A stretch of 64,000 nucleotides of DNA from Trichosphaerium sp. ATCC 40318 (GCA_038496445.1 JALMLS010000322.1:434001-498000); one strand, 5' to 3'; counted from the stretch's first letter, positions 38,604 to 51,104 are shown. Program-made: numbers and translations. Notes: generated from the letters alone by a model not told the origin.

Positions 38604-39360
38604 CCCCCCCTTACCAAATTCAATCAAACTCGAACGTTACTAAACCGCCAAACCTTGCTGCCAGAGCAAGGTTGTGTCTAACAGCAACTACTGTGTAATC
38701 ACAGGGACGCATTCAAAGGATATTGGTCACCAATCAATGTATTACGGCACCTTGAGTGCCAAGTGATCGAATCATGGGACATCTAAACCCTCTAGTCCCC
38801 CTTACCAAATTCAATCAAACTCAAACATGACTAAACCGCCAAACCTTGCTACCAGAGCAAGGTTGTGTCTAGTGATCAGTGTGTAATCATAGGGACACAC
38901 TCAAGGGATAATGGTTATCAATCAAGGTATTACGGCACCTCAAGTGCCAAGTGATTGAAAACTATGCTGGTAGAAAACCCTCTAGTACCCCTTACCAAAT
39001 TCAATCAAAATTCAAACGTGACTAAACCGCCAAACCTTGCTGCCAGAGCAAGGTTGTGTCTAGTGATCAGTGTGTAATAATAGGGACACACTCAAGGGAT
39101 AATAGTCATCAATCAATGTATACGGCACCTCGAGTGCCAAGTGATTGAAAACCATGGTGGTAGAAAACCCGCTAGTCCACCCTCCATAATTGAAAACTAT
39201 GGTAGTAGAAAACCCGCTAGTACCCTTACCAAAAAACTCATATGTAATCATAGGGACACACTCAAGGGATATTGGTCAGCAATCAAAGTATTACGGCACC
39301 TCGAGTGCCAAGTGATTGAAAACCATGGTGGTAGAAAACCCGCTAGTCCACCCTTACCCT
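38604..39360. repeat. Tandem array of ~190-bp units (3 full plus partial units)
   Basis: The ttaccaaattcaatcaaa anchor recurs at 38611, 38802 and 38992. Units share aaccttgct-5nt-agcaaggtt and ggcac-5nt-gtgcc hairpins. Confidence 0.9.
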
Positions 39361-39584
39361 TGAAAAAGGACAAACTTTTTCTGATCCTAAAAACTGAATT
39401 TATTGAGAAAACTGAATTTGAGGATCCATTTTTCCTGCATAAATACCACTTGTAAATGTATGTTCTAAGATATAAACACTTACTCGTGTGTTGCGTTAGA
39501 GCCACCGAGACGTTAGTCTTCCTCCAAACCAGTCTTGCTTACTCATACAGTTGCTCATAAAAGTGTTCATCTAACGCCACGAAG

Positions 39585-40582
39585 CACCACATTTCACGTT
39601 ACTTTGCACCCAATTATTTTTAGCTCTAACTACGTTTTTTGTACTCTACACAGTGGTGCACATACAAAGATCGTAGCTAGGTTTTTTTCCGTGGAGTTGT
39701 AACATAGTCACCCAAATGCGGTGGCTTAACAATTCTGTATCACACTATTTACAAAGGCCTTTATATGCTCCACCTCTATAAGTTACTAATTGAATACATG
39801 TATTTAACACTGACCCTGACATGAGAGCTAACTTTGAACAGCTTTTGGTTGAAACAAACTTAGCAGCCGTGAAACTAGTGAAAAATGCCTTTCAAGAGAT
39901 TATAGGCGTATACACCAATATTATGCTTGTACACGCAAAAATGCCATAGTTTATCATTTTGTTTAAGGTGGTTGTGTACGACATGCTGTCTATGATAATA
40001 TACTATCACGCTACAGTAATTCATCCGCATGCACAAAAGAAAAAAACACAAACTTGATTTTACACTTTCCAAAATAAGAAAACCATACGTTTTAACCTAC
40101 ACCACAATGTTGAAATGAACTTCATTATTGTTTTACAACATATATAGTTTGTTTTAGCAGATTATAACCAAAATGTAAGCTTTAAACTGATTCTTCAAAA
40201 ACTCAAATACCCTTAACCTACTTACAATTATGTGGTGGTAGTTTTAAGACAGGTTGGGCAAAGCGCAGATGCTATGTAATGGAGGAAAAAAAACCCACAA
40301 AATATGCGAAATTTACACTTCAAAACTCACTGATTAAAGCCATATTCATATCAATGCGCCCCCATTTATAGTTGCAGTAAACCTAGAAGTATTTGAACCA
40401 AAACAGAACGTCAAATCAAGACACAAAGCCTTGCTTAAGATTTTGCCTACCAATTTCCAAAAACCAAAAAGACAACGTATTAAAACCTAAATACGATCTT
40501 TGTATGTGCACCACTGTGTAGAGTACAAAAAACGTAGTTAGAGCTAAAAATAATTGGGTGCAAAGTAACGTGAAATGTGGTG
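39585..40582. mobile_element. Non-autonomous DNA transposon (MITE-like), 998 bp, perfect 91-bp TIRs, 3-bp TSD AAG, CAC...GTG termini (CMC/CACTA-Chapaev-like)
   Basis: 39585-39675 is the exact reverse complement of 40492-40582. Flanks are aag|caccac and gtggtg|aag. No transposase ORF inside. Confidence 0.88.
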
Positions 40583-41945
40583 AAGTCAAAAAATTAATAA
40601 TTAGGGTTTTTAGCGGTTCACGTTGGTGCTGATGTCCGATGAATCCAGTATCACGTGACTAGTTTATGTATTGATCTAAGCCAGGTTTTGCCAAGGTATA
40701 GTTTACGAACTCCACTCCTTGATTGTACAAGGGGCGAGTAAACAAACATCAAAAAACTTAATGAAAACCTAAAGGTGAGTCTTATTTTTTACAGCTTTGT
40801 CCTGACGTTCATCTCAATCCTCTTTTTTCCATGTTTGTTACCTATTCACTTTGGGTCTAAACCATCTACATACCAACTAGTCGCTACAAGCTCAAACCGC
40901 TTCGTTAACATCTCTAGGTTCATCGGAAGTGTACGAAGGTGCAAGAAACAGTACTCACTACTCATACATTTAGGTTGACAATAAGGTGTTATCTAGGTCG
41001 TAAGCAGTAATACCAATGTCTCATAACTTAAAGCAGTCGCAAACCCTTAAGGCACTGCTTCCTTAAATGAATTATCAACCAGAGCCGTACCCTATCAATA
41101 ATGTTAGTTTTGAGAGTTGTGTCATAGGCAAACTAGGAGATGTCAATTTTCAAACTGTACGTGCAGATGTAAATTTAGTGATGTTAAATGACTGCAATCA
41201 GTCATGACTGACTTTAACTGAGTTGCTCGAATTTCGCTGACATTAAAGTGCTTGGTGATGTACTTTTCCTAGTTTTTTCTGAAATTGAGCCAATTCAAGT
41301 TGCTTGCAGTTGATGCCAAAAATTTTGACTTGATACAAGTTTTAGCCCTGTGCTTTGGTTGGCTTAAACCGCTGTATGTTAATAAAACTGTGGTACCTCT
41401 AGTTGTGGGTTCAAGTCTTTCGTGTTGCATCTGTTAGATGTGACATATCCTATTAAATATAAACCCCGAAGAATAGGTAAATGATATATCTGTTCCAGGA
41501 TACGGATTTCTCATAAGGGGATTTGTCCACTTCATACAGCCCTTGTACATACATGAAGAAGTCTCCCGAAACCGCTGTGGTTGTTGCCTGGGTTTTCCAC
41601 CCTTATTTGATTGTTTAATGACCGAGTCGATGTGTTGCAAAAGTAGTGTATACACGAAAACAGTTACCCAAAAATTGTGGGTCTTAAATGTAGCCACAGA
41701 CAACAAACTAATATTCATTCATTCAATAGAGCAGTGATGCTGAACAGGATAAAAGTATTAAACAGTAATTAGTCATTGAACACACTCAAGAACAATGACA
41801 GGAGAGGCTACAATACTAGAAAAACTGAAGGTTGTCAATAAACAACCTACACAAAGTAATTGGCGGTGTACATGAAATTGTTTTGAGAAACTTAAATATA
41901 CAGATGAATGTTTGAAAGGCCTTGGCAGGTGCGAGCTTTTATTTT

Positions 41946-42670
41946 TTAATGACCTTGAAACAATGCTCTACGCTTTGATGAACTACTACGTCGAACTGGT
42001 CTACAAGCGTTTGGATCTGGTGGTGGAAAGTTGATTATGGCATCAAACTCTGCAAAAAAATCAAGTGGAAAAGTAGGAAGATCAACCCTTGAAAACCTGT
42101 AAACAACAGAAACGGTGGCATTACAAAGTATTAAAACCCGTACTCAATAACACCCGGATCAGGAATAGCAATAGATACAGTACCATCAGTTGGTGATACA
42201 AGAGTCGATCCTATGAATGGATAGAGTTAGCATCATTCGAGTTATTTTTTGTTATTCAGGTACCAACTACTGAGGCTGAGTCGAAAGTACAAACTAATCT
42301 TGTTAGTGAAGTACGCCCTGTACGCTCCAAAACAATCTTGATGTTGATGCTTGTAGAATCAATATCAACAATAAAGGTGGTCCGTCCCACATCCACTACA
42401 ACTTCCTGAATATACTCAACATCACCAGATTGTGGCAAATCAGCGTCAACTACAATGAAACCTGGAAAGGCTGGGCCTGTAGTATCAGGCGACGAGAAAA
42501 GAGGCATATTTGATGGTAGAGCAAAGAGCTGGCAATTGCCAGTATCGCCTTCTCCTGTGGTACATTATTTAGGTTTTAACTTGCGTTAGTTTCAACAAGT
42601 ACGTACTAACTTGAGCAGCTACAAGAAGTGCTGTCGAAATGACCAATAAAAGTAGAGGTATGAGGTGCAT
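41946..42670 (-). CDS. Secreted variable-loop protein family, copy B (intact, 4 exons)
   Basis: Same signal peptide, framework and intron positions as copy A; ends ...PDPNACRPVRRSSSSKRRALFQGH*. Confidence 0.78.
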
Positions 42671-43844
42671 TCTTTTGTGTTGTAGTAAAAAAACTAAATT
42701 GTTGACCGACACATACCAATCAATACTGTCTTTATTTGAATCATGTCATATGCCTACCACTTTCTTTTATTCCCAATTAACAGACACGTTTTTTTGTTAT
42801 TACGCCTAATATATTCTGGAATAAGGGCGCACATAGTCCTACTGTTATCACGCATTTTCGGGTTTTACTGTAAATAATCTGTAGCCAGATTATGTAGGCA
42901 TCCACATAGGCTCAATGGCTTTAACATATACATTAAAAGACGTCTATGGAATAAGAAAGCATAAGATGGTGCTGTAAGCTCAAAAAAAATTATTTAGTAA
43001 ATTACATTTTGCTGTCTAAACAGGAAAGTAACAATTTTTAAAGCATGTGCGTCCTTTTGTGATGCCTAAGTATCATAGAACGCGTGAATAGCTTATGTGG
43101 AAACTGAAATTATGCACAGAACAGCGTTTTTTGGTTCAAAAAGTGGATTGCTCACTAAAAACCAGTTTAATACTCTAAAAAATATTCCCTACGCGTAGGG
43201 TATGTGTGCACATTAAAATACGCTATTTGAATCAAAAATGCAATAACAAGTCAAAACGTCATCTAACCTCATCGATACTGTGCTATATGCTTCTTTTAGC
43301 TGTGTTCTTCTTGATGTACCTGTTCGCTGTTTGGACCGCTCTGCCCTAGCCGTTTATTTGGGTTTTACGAAAAATTCTACCTTTAGAAAACTTGTACATT
43401 TTTAGCTTTTGGCACTTAACATCAATTTCAATAAATCTCATTCAACTCCCACATTTGAGGCACTTTATTGTTAGGTACTTTTCAAATAATAACCTAAGTG
43501 GCTATTAACTACAACCATTGACACCTACGCAAAGCTCAAGAAAACATAAATGATAAAGTGTGTAATTAGGAAGACTTAGCTAACAATACTTAAAAAAGCC
43601 ACAAAATTAAACTATGTTTTAGACTCATTATGGACTACATCACTATTGGTGAATACTCAATACTCTTAACAGGCTGTTCACAGTATTTATGACTACTATT
43701 TCCTGAAGTGTCAATCCTTAAAAACTATTTTCAAGAACGAACAGAAGTTGCAAGATCTGACTAAACACTAAAACCAAAAGTCACAAACAGCAAAAAGTTG
43801 CAAACTTGAATGATACGGACAATAGTACATTAGATTTTAATTTG

Positions 43845-44070
43845 TGTTAGTATAAACAAGTACGTACTAACTTGAGCAGCTACTGGAAGTGCTGTCGAAA
43901 TGACCAATAAAAGTAGAGGTAGGAGGTACGTTCTTTTGTGTTGTAGTAAAAAACTAAATTGTTGACCAACATCACGTTTTTTTTTGTTAACACGCCAAAT
44001 ATAGTCTGGAATAAGGCGCACACAACCCTACTGTTATCAAGCATTTTCGGTTTTGCTGTAAATAATCTAA
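43845..44070 (-). pseudogene. Relic of the variable-loop family: upstream region plus exon 1, start codon mutated (ATGCAC to ACGTAC), truncated in intron 1
   Basis: Encodes ...LLPLLLLVISTALPVAAQV; upstream sequence matches 42680-42880; no downstream exons. Confidence 0.7.
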
Positions 44071-44320
44071 GCTCAAAAAAACTGAACATGAACACGAAGA
44101 TATTCAGCTAATGATCCGAGACTCAACGGGTTAGCCGTGTGAGTCCGAGATGTAACGCTATATAGCGACCTATAACTTATGTGCCAAACCTCTAGAGGAA
44201 GCAATGTGTGTCATTCAAAGTATATGTCCTCTGTCTTTAAAGTTGTACGACTATAAATACCTTGATAGCCGTACTCATCAACAACCTGAAATAGTGTAAA
44301 CCCAAATATCAGTTTTATTT

Positions 44321-45225
44321 TTAACGGCCTTGAAGTAATGCTCTACGCTTTGATGAAATACTACGTTGAATTGGCACACAAGCGTTTGGGTCAGGTGGTA
44401 TCGGTGCCAGTGGAAAGTTGATTGCAACATTAAACTCTGAATCACCCTCAGGTATACTTGGTAAAATCACCCTTGAAAGAACGTGTAAACAACAAAATAA
44501 CTGGGCGATTGAGGGATTCACCGCTACAGGATAAGACACTCATTTTCACTTAAATGTTTGGGTTATTGTGTGATGACAATACAAAAAATGGGTCGCATCC
44601 TGCAGCGGGACACCTAACAAAAAAGTGCAGGATATCTCAATGGAAAAATAAAAACCCATACGCAATAATATCCGGAGTAGGGACACCAAATAATACAGTA
44701 CCATCAGTTGGTGATACGAGAGTCGATCCTATGAATGAAATAGTTAGCAACAGGAGTGATAGAGTAAGCAAAAACCGAGTGTAATTCTTGAAAAGAAGTG
44801 CTTATTTATACCCAGTATAAACCCAGCCCTAAAAGTACAACCTAATCTTGTAGGTGCAAGTCCTATATTTTCGGAAACAATCTTGATGTTAATGCCTGTA
44901 GTATCAATATCAATAGTAAAGGTTCTTCTTCCAAATGGTTCTGGAGCTGGACGTTCTTCTATCCAAGTATACTCAACATCACCAGATTCTGGCGAATCAG
45001 CGTCAACTACAGCGAAACCTGGAAAGGCGGGGCCTGTAGTCATCCCAATCATCCCGAAAACAGGCACAATACCATCAATAAGAACAAGTTCGCATTCGCC
45101 ATGATCACCTTCGCCTGAAGTATTTTAGGTTTTAACTTTAGCTTGTAAAACAAGCACGTGCTAATTTGAGCGGCTATTGGAACTGCTATCAAAATAACCA
45201 ATAAAAGTAGAGGTATGAGGTGCAT
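44321..45225 (-). CDS. Secreted variable-loop protein family, copy C (GC-AG intron 1, enlarged intron 3)
   Basis: MHLIPLLLLVILIAVPIAAQI|GEGDHGECELV...GDVEYTWIEERPAPEPFGRRTFTIDIDTTGINIKIV...PDPNACVPIQRSISSKRRALLQGR*. Confidence 0.72.
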
Positions 45226-45363
45226 GCTTTATGCTGTAGTAAGAAAACTGAGCGGTGTTCACTTAAAACTTTGTAATCTCGCGCAAGTCTGAAAGCGACA
45301 AGCATTGACCTTTAAGCAGCTTATTCTCCCTCGCAACTATTCTCTACTATCATGCCTTCGAAT

Positions 45364-46493
45364 ATGTACGCTATAGCGATACTCTACTCGCTGTTGTCGC
45401 TAGCATTGGCCCAAACGGTACCAAATACAACATCAATACGCGCACTAACGTTAATTGAGGTGATGATGCCATCAGGTCCTACAGAAGCACCATCAAAACC
45501 TGTACGCTAGTAATTTAATCGTTAGTGAGTATACTGCAATCACGTGACATGAGGTCGCAACTAACCACAAATAAAAAGCTGATTGGTTCAGCGCTATTGT
45601 ATGATCAATTACAAAATTGCTCTCAAGAACGTATAGCTGTACAGTTCTACACAGACTTAGGTAAGAGTGTAGATTGTGCTGATGACTTTGTAGTACCTCT
45701 TGGTAAGTAAGCTTCGTATATGGTCTTTTTTACTCCATTTCGTTCCTTTAAACACTCTTTTTAAACAAAACTAGGCGAACCGTGGACAGTAGATCATTTA
45801 AAAATAGAAGGTAGATATGTACCTCTTAGATTTGATATAGACTACGATAATTACACTGTATTGATAATGGAGGATGACGGAGGCAAGTTTATTCTTTTGA
45901 TTCTTTTTCTTTTTTGTTTTTTACAAAACGTCATGCGGTTTTTTTCTTGTAGTTTAATAGCGTTCGCTAGGAAAGCCTAATGCAACAGTTTGCAGAAATG
46001 TCGCTAATCTCTTATCTACTGTTACCCAACTGGACTTGTCATTTTCATTTTCAGGGGAGCCATGTGTACTACAGCCAGGTACTAAAAAAATATTAAAAAC
46101 TCACGTCACGTGAAGAAAAGTTAATTCTTTTGTAGGAACGTACTGGGTTCAAATACTGCCAAACGTACCTTTGGGATCATCTCCCGCAACAAATCAGTTT
46201 TTTTGGAGTTTGAGTGAAACAAAGAAAGGAGAGAAGCTTCAATGGCGTGATAAGGATTCTCTATTTAGTTCTGCAACAAAGAATGAAGCTTGTGAGGAGT
46301 GGACAAATGGAAACAGGTGTTTTACTTTATCTGAGACTGATTTATGCTTTGGCATTTACGGATCTAATCAAAAGAGCAGTGCGAAAAACAACTATGACTT
46401 TATTCTTTTTCTTATGACATTGTTCTTGTAGGTTCCGTTTTACTACAATATACCTTGAGCGTATTTATTGGTACGGCCACTTTGTTTGGTTGA
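45364..46493 (+). CDS. Secreted, probably GPI-anchored beta-sandwich surface protein
   Basis: Signal peptide MYAIAILYSLLSLALAQ; ADDFVVPLGEPWTVDHL...DDGGKP...LQPGTYWVQI; hydrophobic C-terminus SSVLLQYTLSVFIGTATLFG*. Confidence 0.65.
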
Positions 46494-47222
46494 TTTTATG
46501 CTCGTCTAATGTGTTGTCTTTAGCAACGGTGAACATCTATTTAAATGTTATGCATTTATTTAAATAAAACGAAGGTGAATGAGTCAGCTAGTACTGAGAA
46601 GATTACACTTTAGGCACTTAGTAGTATCACAGTCACCCGTACAACGGGTTGTACTACAAATTCTGATTGTTTACGGAACCATTGAAATGTACGTGAGTGG
46701 TAGTGATTGCGTCACTAGCGAAGGTTTAAACGATAGGTGAAAGTTGTATGATAAGAATACAGGAAGTCTTTAATATGTCCGAGACCACACGTGATTTCAT
46801 TTTCAGCAAATAATTCTAAACATCAGAAAAAACTGCTAAATACCCTAAAATGCGATAATTCGTATAAACAAACGTTATTTGTACATTTATTTCTTTTCAC
46901 TGTAAATTGGAAATACGCTTTTATTTATACCCAAATAACGCTATCAAGACATTGTATGGTTGCCTTGTGTTACGGTAGTTCCAATTACAGATTACGAGAT
47001 ATAAAGGTAAAAACCGGAAAGATGTGGTAAGGAGCACTCTAACTGCTGTACCAACCTGTTTCGCGAAAAATTAAGAAACAGACTCAGCGTTTCGTTTTTT
47101 CATCAAATGGTTCTTATTACATTCCCCTTGCATAACTTTATCGCGCTTAAATTGGATTGCGAAAAGGGCGTACAAATTTGTGCACACGTGTGCATATCTT
47201 ACAAAGTTTTCACAGTTTGGCA

Positions 47223-50200
47223 ATGTCTCAGCTTATATTGCTCTATTTTAGTGCCTTGTTTATTCTCTCCGCGTTTGCTGTCCGTATAGACACTTTTGAC
47301 GTGTTTTCAGAAGCCTCTACAAACTCCCCAACTCCAGTTGTCGTAACCACTATCAATGATACAATCTTTGGTGGAAGGCGTGATATGACAGCTTTGAGAC
47401 TGTTTGGCGATATTAGCGCTTTGGAACTATCATGTAGTGTAGTTAATGGTCTCTTTGCCATGAACACTGATGTGTCAGTCGTTGGCACGTGTTCTGTCGC
47501 CTATGCTGGAATATCTGGCGCTGGGTTTACGACACCTTTAAACTTACTTCAAAATGGTTGCAGTACGTATTACTTCATAACCTACCAACGTTTTTATTTT
47601 CTCTTAAAACTCGTTTTAGGTTGTTGGAACTTTCACGTTTTGGAATCAGACAACGATGTCGAATTAGTTGCAACTTTCCGTAATTCTATTACAAACCAAA
47701 GTATCGCTCTATTCCACACATTGGCACTTGATATCACCAATCCTACGGATGTTTGTATTCCATACGGAAGTGCTCAAAATGCATTGACATCAGTCAATAG
47801 AGCCGAATACACCTTAGCAAGTGTAACAGCTAATGTTGACATTGTTAGTAGCTATTCTTGTTGCCAACCAATTGTTTCTTGTTGGTACTATCTTCACTCT
47901 TTTCTAAGCGTTTCAATATTAACACGTGATATTTAGGCATACTATCACAGCTAGGCCACAAAGAGAGCTTAACTATTTGAATATTGGGGATGACATAGAT
48001 ATTTCGTTGACTTGTATCAATTACCCATCATTTCCAGCTACAGAAGAATCAATTGTTGGTTTGTTGCCTTTTGATGCTTCAGTTGGATCAGTACAAATAA
48101 GAAGTATTGCTTGTATAGGTGTAATATCGTTCGGTGTGATAAACAATGGGCTTACATTTACCGCACTACTTGGCGAAAACCAAACAGCCAGTTGCTCTCT
48201 TACCATAACAATGCAATCACCAGGTCAAGTCAACAACCTAGGCGCCTATATCACTACTGGAGCTCAAGAGAATCCTCCAATTCGTTCCAATGAAGGTGTT
48301 CCACTGTACGTTCCCTAATTTTCACAAGATTTCACCTATTGAAAAATCTAAACTGTTTTATTGATTTTATTCGACGCTGTTCTTAAGATTTAATATACCA
48401 CATAGCCATGGCACTCCAGCTTTCTGTGATCCACCTAAATTGTCATCGGTCATTGTCCTTGCTCCTCCTCAAATACCAACGAATGCGCCTTTCCCACCAC
48501 CAACAGAGCCACCAACAAACGCTCCAGTATTTGTCTCCTCTCCAACGAATGCACCATTTCCTCCACCAACAGAACCACCAACGAATGCACCAGTATTTGT
48601 CTCATCGCCAACAAACGCTCCATTCCCACCTCCAACAAAGCCACCAACAAACGCTCCAGTACCAAACGCACCAGTTTCCCCACCAACGTTTGTACCTATT
48701 ATAGACCCTTTTGAAGTGTTTGGATCATCTGATGCCTCATCAACAACACCTAATACAACAAGCGTTCTGGACAACACTATTTTTGGTGGGCGACGTGATA
48801 TCACAGCTGCTAAAACCGTTGTCAGTAATCCTCTTTTAGAGCTATCATGCAATGTGCAGGCGGGATTCTTTTCCATTAATGCCGATGTATCAGTGGTAGG
48901 TAAGTGCACTCTTACCTATGCTGGACCAGATGGAACTGGGTTCCCAATGCCACTGACCTTACTTCAAAATGGATGCAGTATGTAGAACCTTATGTAGGTT
49001 CTTTTCTTTACCTTCTGTTTCAGGTTGTTGGAACTTTCACGTTTTTGAAGCAGACAGCAATGTTAACATATCGGCAACTTTCCGCAATTCAATTACAAGC
49101 CAAAATGTCATCCTCTTGCATATATTGGAGGTTGATATCAGTTCTCCTATTGACGTTTGTATCCCGTACTCAACTCAAGCAGATGGATTGGCATCCATTG
49201 ATCGTGCCGAATACTCCACAGAAGCCTCTGTAGCTAATGTTGACCTGAGCATTGGCCATGCTTGCTGTCAACCAATCGTTTCTTGTTGGTACTACCCTTA
49301 ACCCTTTTGTAACCATTCAATGTTAACACGTGATATTTCAGGCATACCATCACTGCCGAAGGAGGGAAAGATTTAAATAATTTGGCTGTTGGTGACTCCA
49401 TCGACGTTTTGGTGACATGTAGAAATTACCTATCACTTCCAGCTACAACAGAGGAGATTGTTGTATTTTTCCCTTTTGATCTTTCAATTGGTTCAATGCA
49501 AGCAGGAACTGTGAGTTGTACAGGCCCAATAGTGACTCAATGCAGTGTCGTGGTGAATGTACTACGACTAAATGCAGTACTTGGAGAAGACCAAGTTGCA
49601 ACTGCCTCCGTCAGAATAACAATGCAATCACCAGGTCAAGTCAATAACCTAGGCGCCTTTATCACTACCGCAGCTGAAGAAGAACCTCCAATTCGCTCCA
49701 ATGAAGGTGTTCCACTGTACGTTCCTCTTTTTTTTGTACTTATTATAATAGTCACGTGACTTATACCTATATAGCCAAGGCACACCAGCTTTTTGTGATG
49801 CACCAAACCTCTCATCACTCACAGTTCTTGACCCTCAAGCACCTACAAACGCACCAATAGCTCTTCCACCAACTAATGCTCCGTTTGCACCTCCAACAGA
49901 ACCTCCAACAAATGCTCCAGTATTTGTAGCAACACCAACAAATGCACCAGTTCCACCACCAACAGAACCACCTACAAACGCTCCAGTATTTGTAGCAACA
50001 CCAACAAATGCACCAGTTCCTCCTCCAACAGAACCACCTACAAATGCTCCTGTACAAACAATGGCACCAACAAATGCACCACTACCATTTTCTCCAACAA
50101 ACGCGCCAGTTCCTCCACCAACAGAGCCACCAACGAACGCACCATTCCCGTCACCAACAAATGCACCAACAAATGCGCCAGTTCAGACGTTACCTCCAAC

Positions 50201-51104
50201 TAATGCTCCAGTTTTCTCTCCTACAAATGCACCATTACCATTCCCTCCACCAACGAATGCTCCATTTGCTACACCTCCAACAGATGCTCCAGCTTGCAGT
50301 CCATTCACTCTTGCCGAAGGTGTATTCCCAACTGGTACCTTCATGCTTGAGGATCGTTTTGGACCTGATTCGCCTCCAACATACTGTTTCAGACTTGATG
50401 TTCCTGGTCAGGTACGAACAAAAAATTGTTGAACCTCTTGTTTATTCTACAACTTGTTGTTGATTTTCTTTACTAGCAACAATTAGTTACATTGACATGT
50501 ATTGCCGGAGGAATGAGAGTCTCAGTTGATGCTGCTTCACGTACAATAACAGTTGCTGGTATAGTGAGTGGAGGACTTGATATTGGAGATACAAGACAAA
50601 GCAATACACTTGCATCCATCCAAATTATCTTTGAGTACGCTGTCATCTTCCTTTTAGACAACTACAAGAAAATGCATCTTCTTAACATCTCTTTAGTGAA
50701 GTCAACGTTGTTGGTATAGCTCCTAACTTTGCACTCTCAACAAGCTCTCTTTCACAAGGACTTATCTTTTTTGATGTACAGTTATCATTGGAAACTTCCC
50801 ATTTTTAATCTTGTTTTCCTTTTAGGGCGTATTATACCAAACGTCAGCACTTGGAATGAGAGTCTTTGAGCCGCCAGGTTCTGGTATCTTCTTTTTAGCG
50901 TAAGTAAAGATTTTATTTGTTTGAAGAATAAGACAGCTGTCTTCTCTGAACTGGATCCAACCACTTGTTTTTGTTTTGCTTTTTTTGTTTACTTCTAACT
51001 TTGGTTTCAATAGTGGTTTATTCAATAGATTTCCTGTACAGTCTCCAACTGAAATATTACCTACCACACTCTCAGGAAGGATTGGAGAATGTTTAGTTAA
51101 TTAA
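47223..51104 (+). CDS. Large secreted modular glycoprotein: duplicated two-domain module, Pro/Thr (PTNAP) mucin-like linkers, distinct C-terminal domain
   Basis: Signal peptide MSQLILLYFSALFILSAFA. Two copies of IDxFxVF...TIFGGRRD...LLQNGC|WNFHV...CCQPIVSCW|...MQSPGQVNNLGA.ITT...PPIRSNEGVP with the same intron positions. Stop TAA at 51102-51104. Confidence 0.78.
48465..48690 (+). repeat. Coding PT/PTNAP repeat tract 1
   Basis: PTNAPFPPPTEPPTNAPVFVSS units. Confidence 0.85.
49838..50292 (+). repeat. Coding PT/PTNAP repeat tract 2
   Basis: PTNAPVFVATPTNAPVPPPTEP units. Confidence 0.85.

Noticed and set aside
38604-39360. CRISPR-like array
   Set aside because: Whole ~190-bp units are repeated with no unique spacers, there are no cas genes, and the context is eukaryotic.
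39060-39505. ORFs in the tandem array (e.g. 39141-39455)
   Set aside because: They are by-products of the repeat with no consistent frame between units.
39634-39655. RSS-like heptamer/nonamer (CACAGTG near GTTTTTTGT) in the TIR, suggesting Transib/RAG
   Set aside because: The spacer is 6 bp rather than 12/23, the motif is internal rather than terminal, and the TSD is 3 bp rather than 5.
48450-50463. Gly-rich, Cys/Trp-rich and Gln/His-rich ORFs
   Set aside because: Alternative-frame or antisense shadows of the PTNAP repeats.
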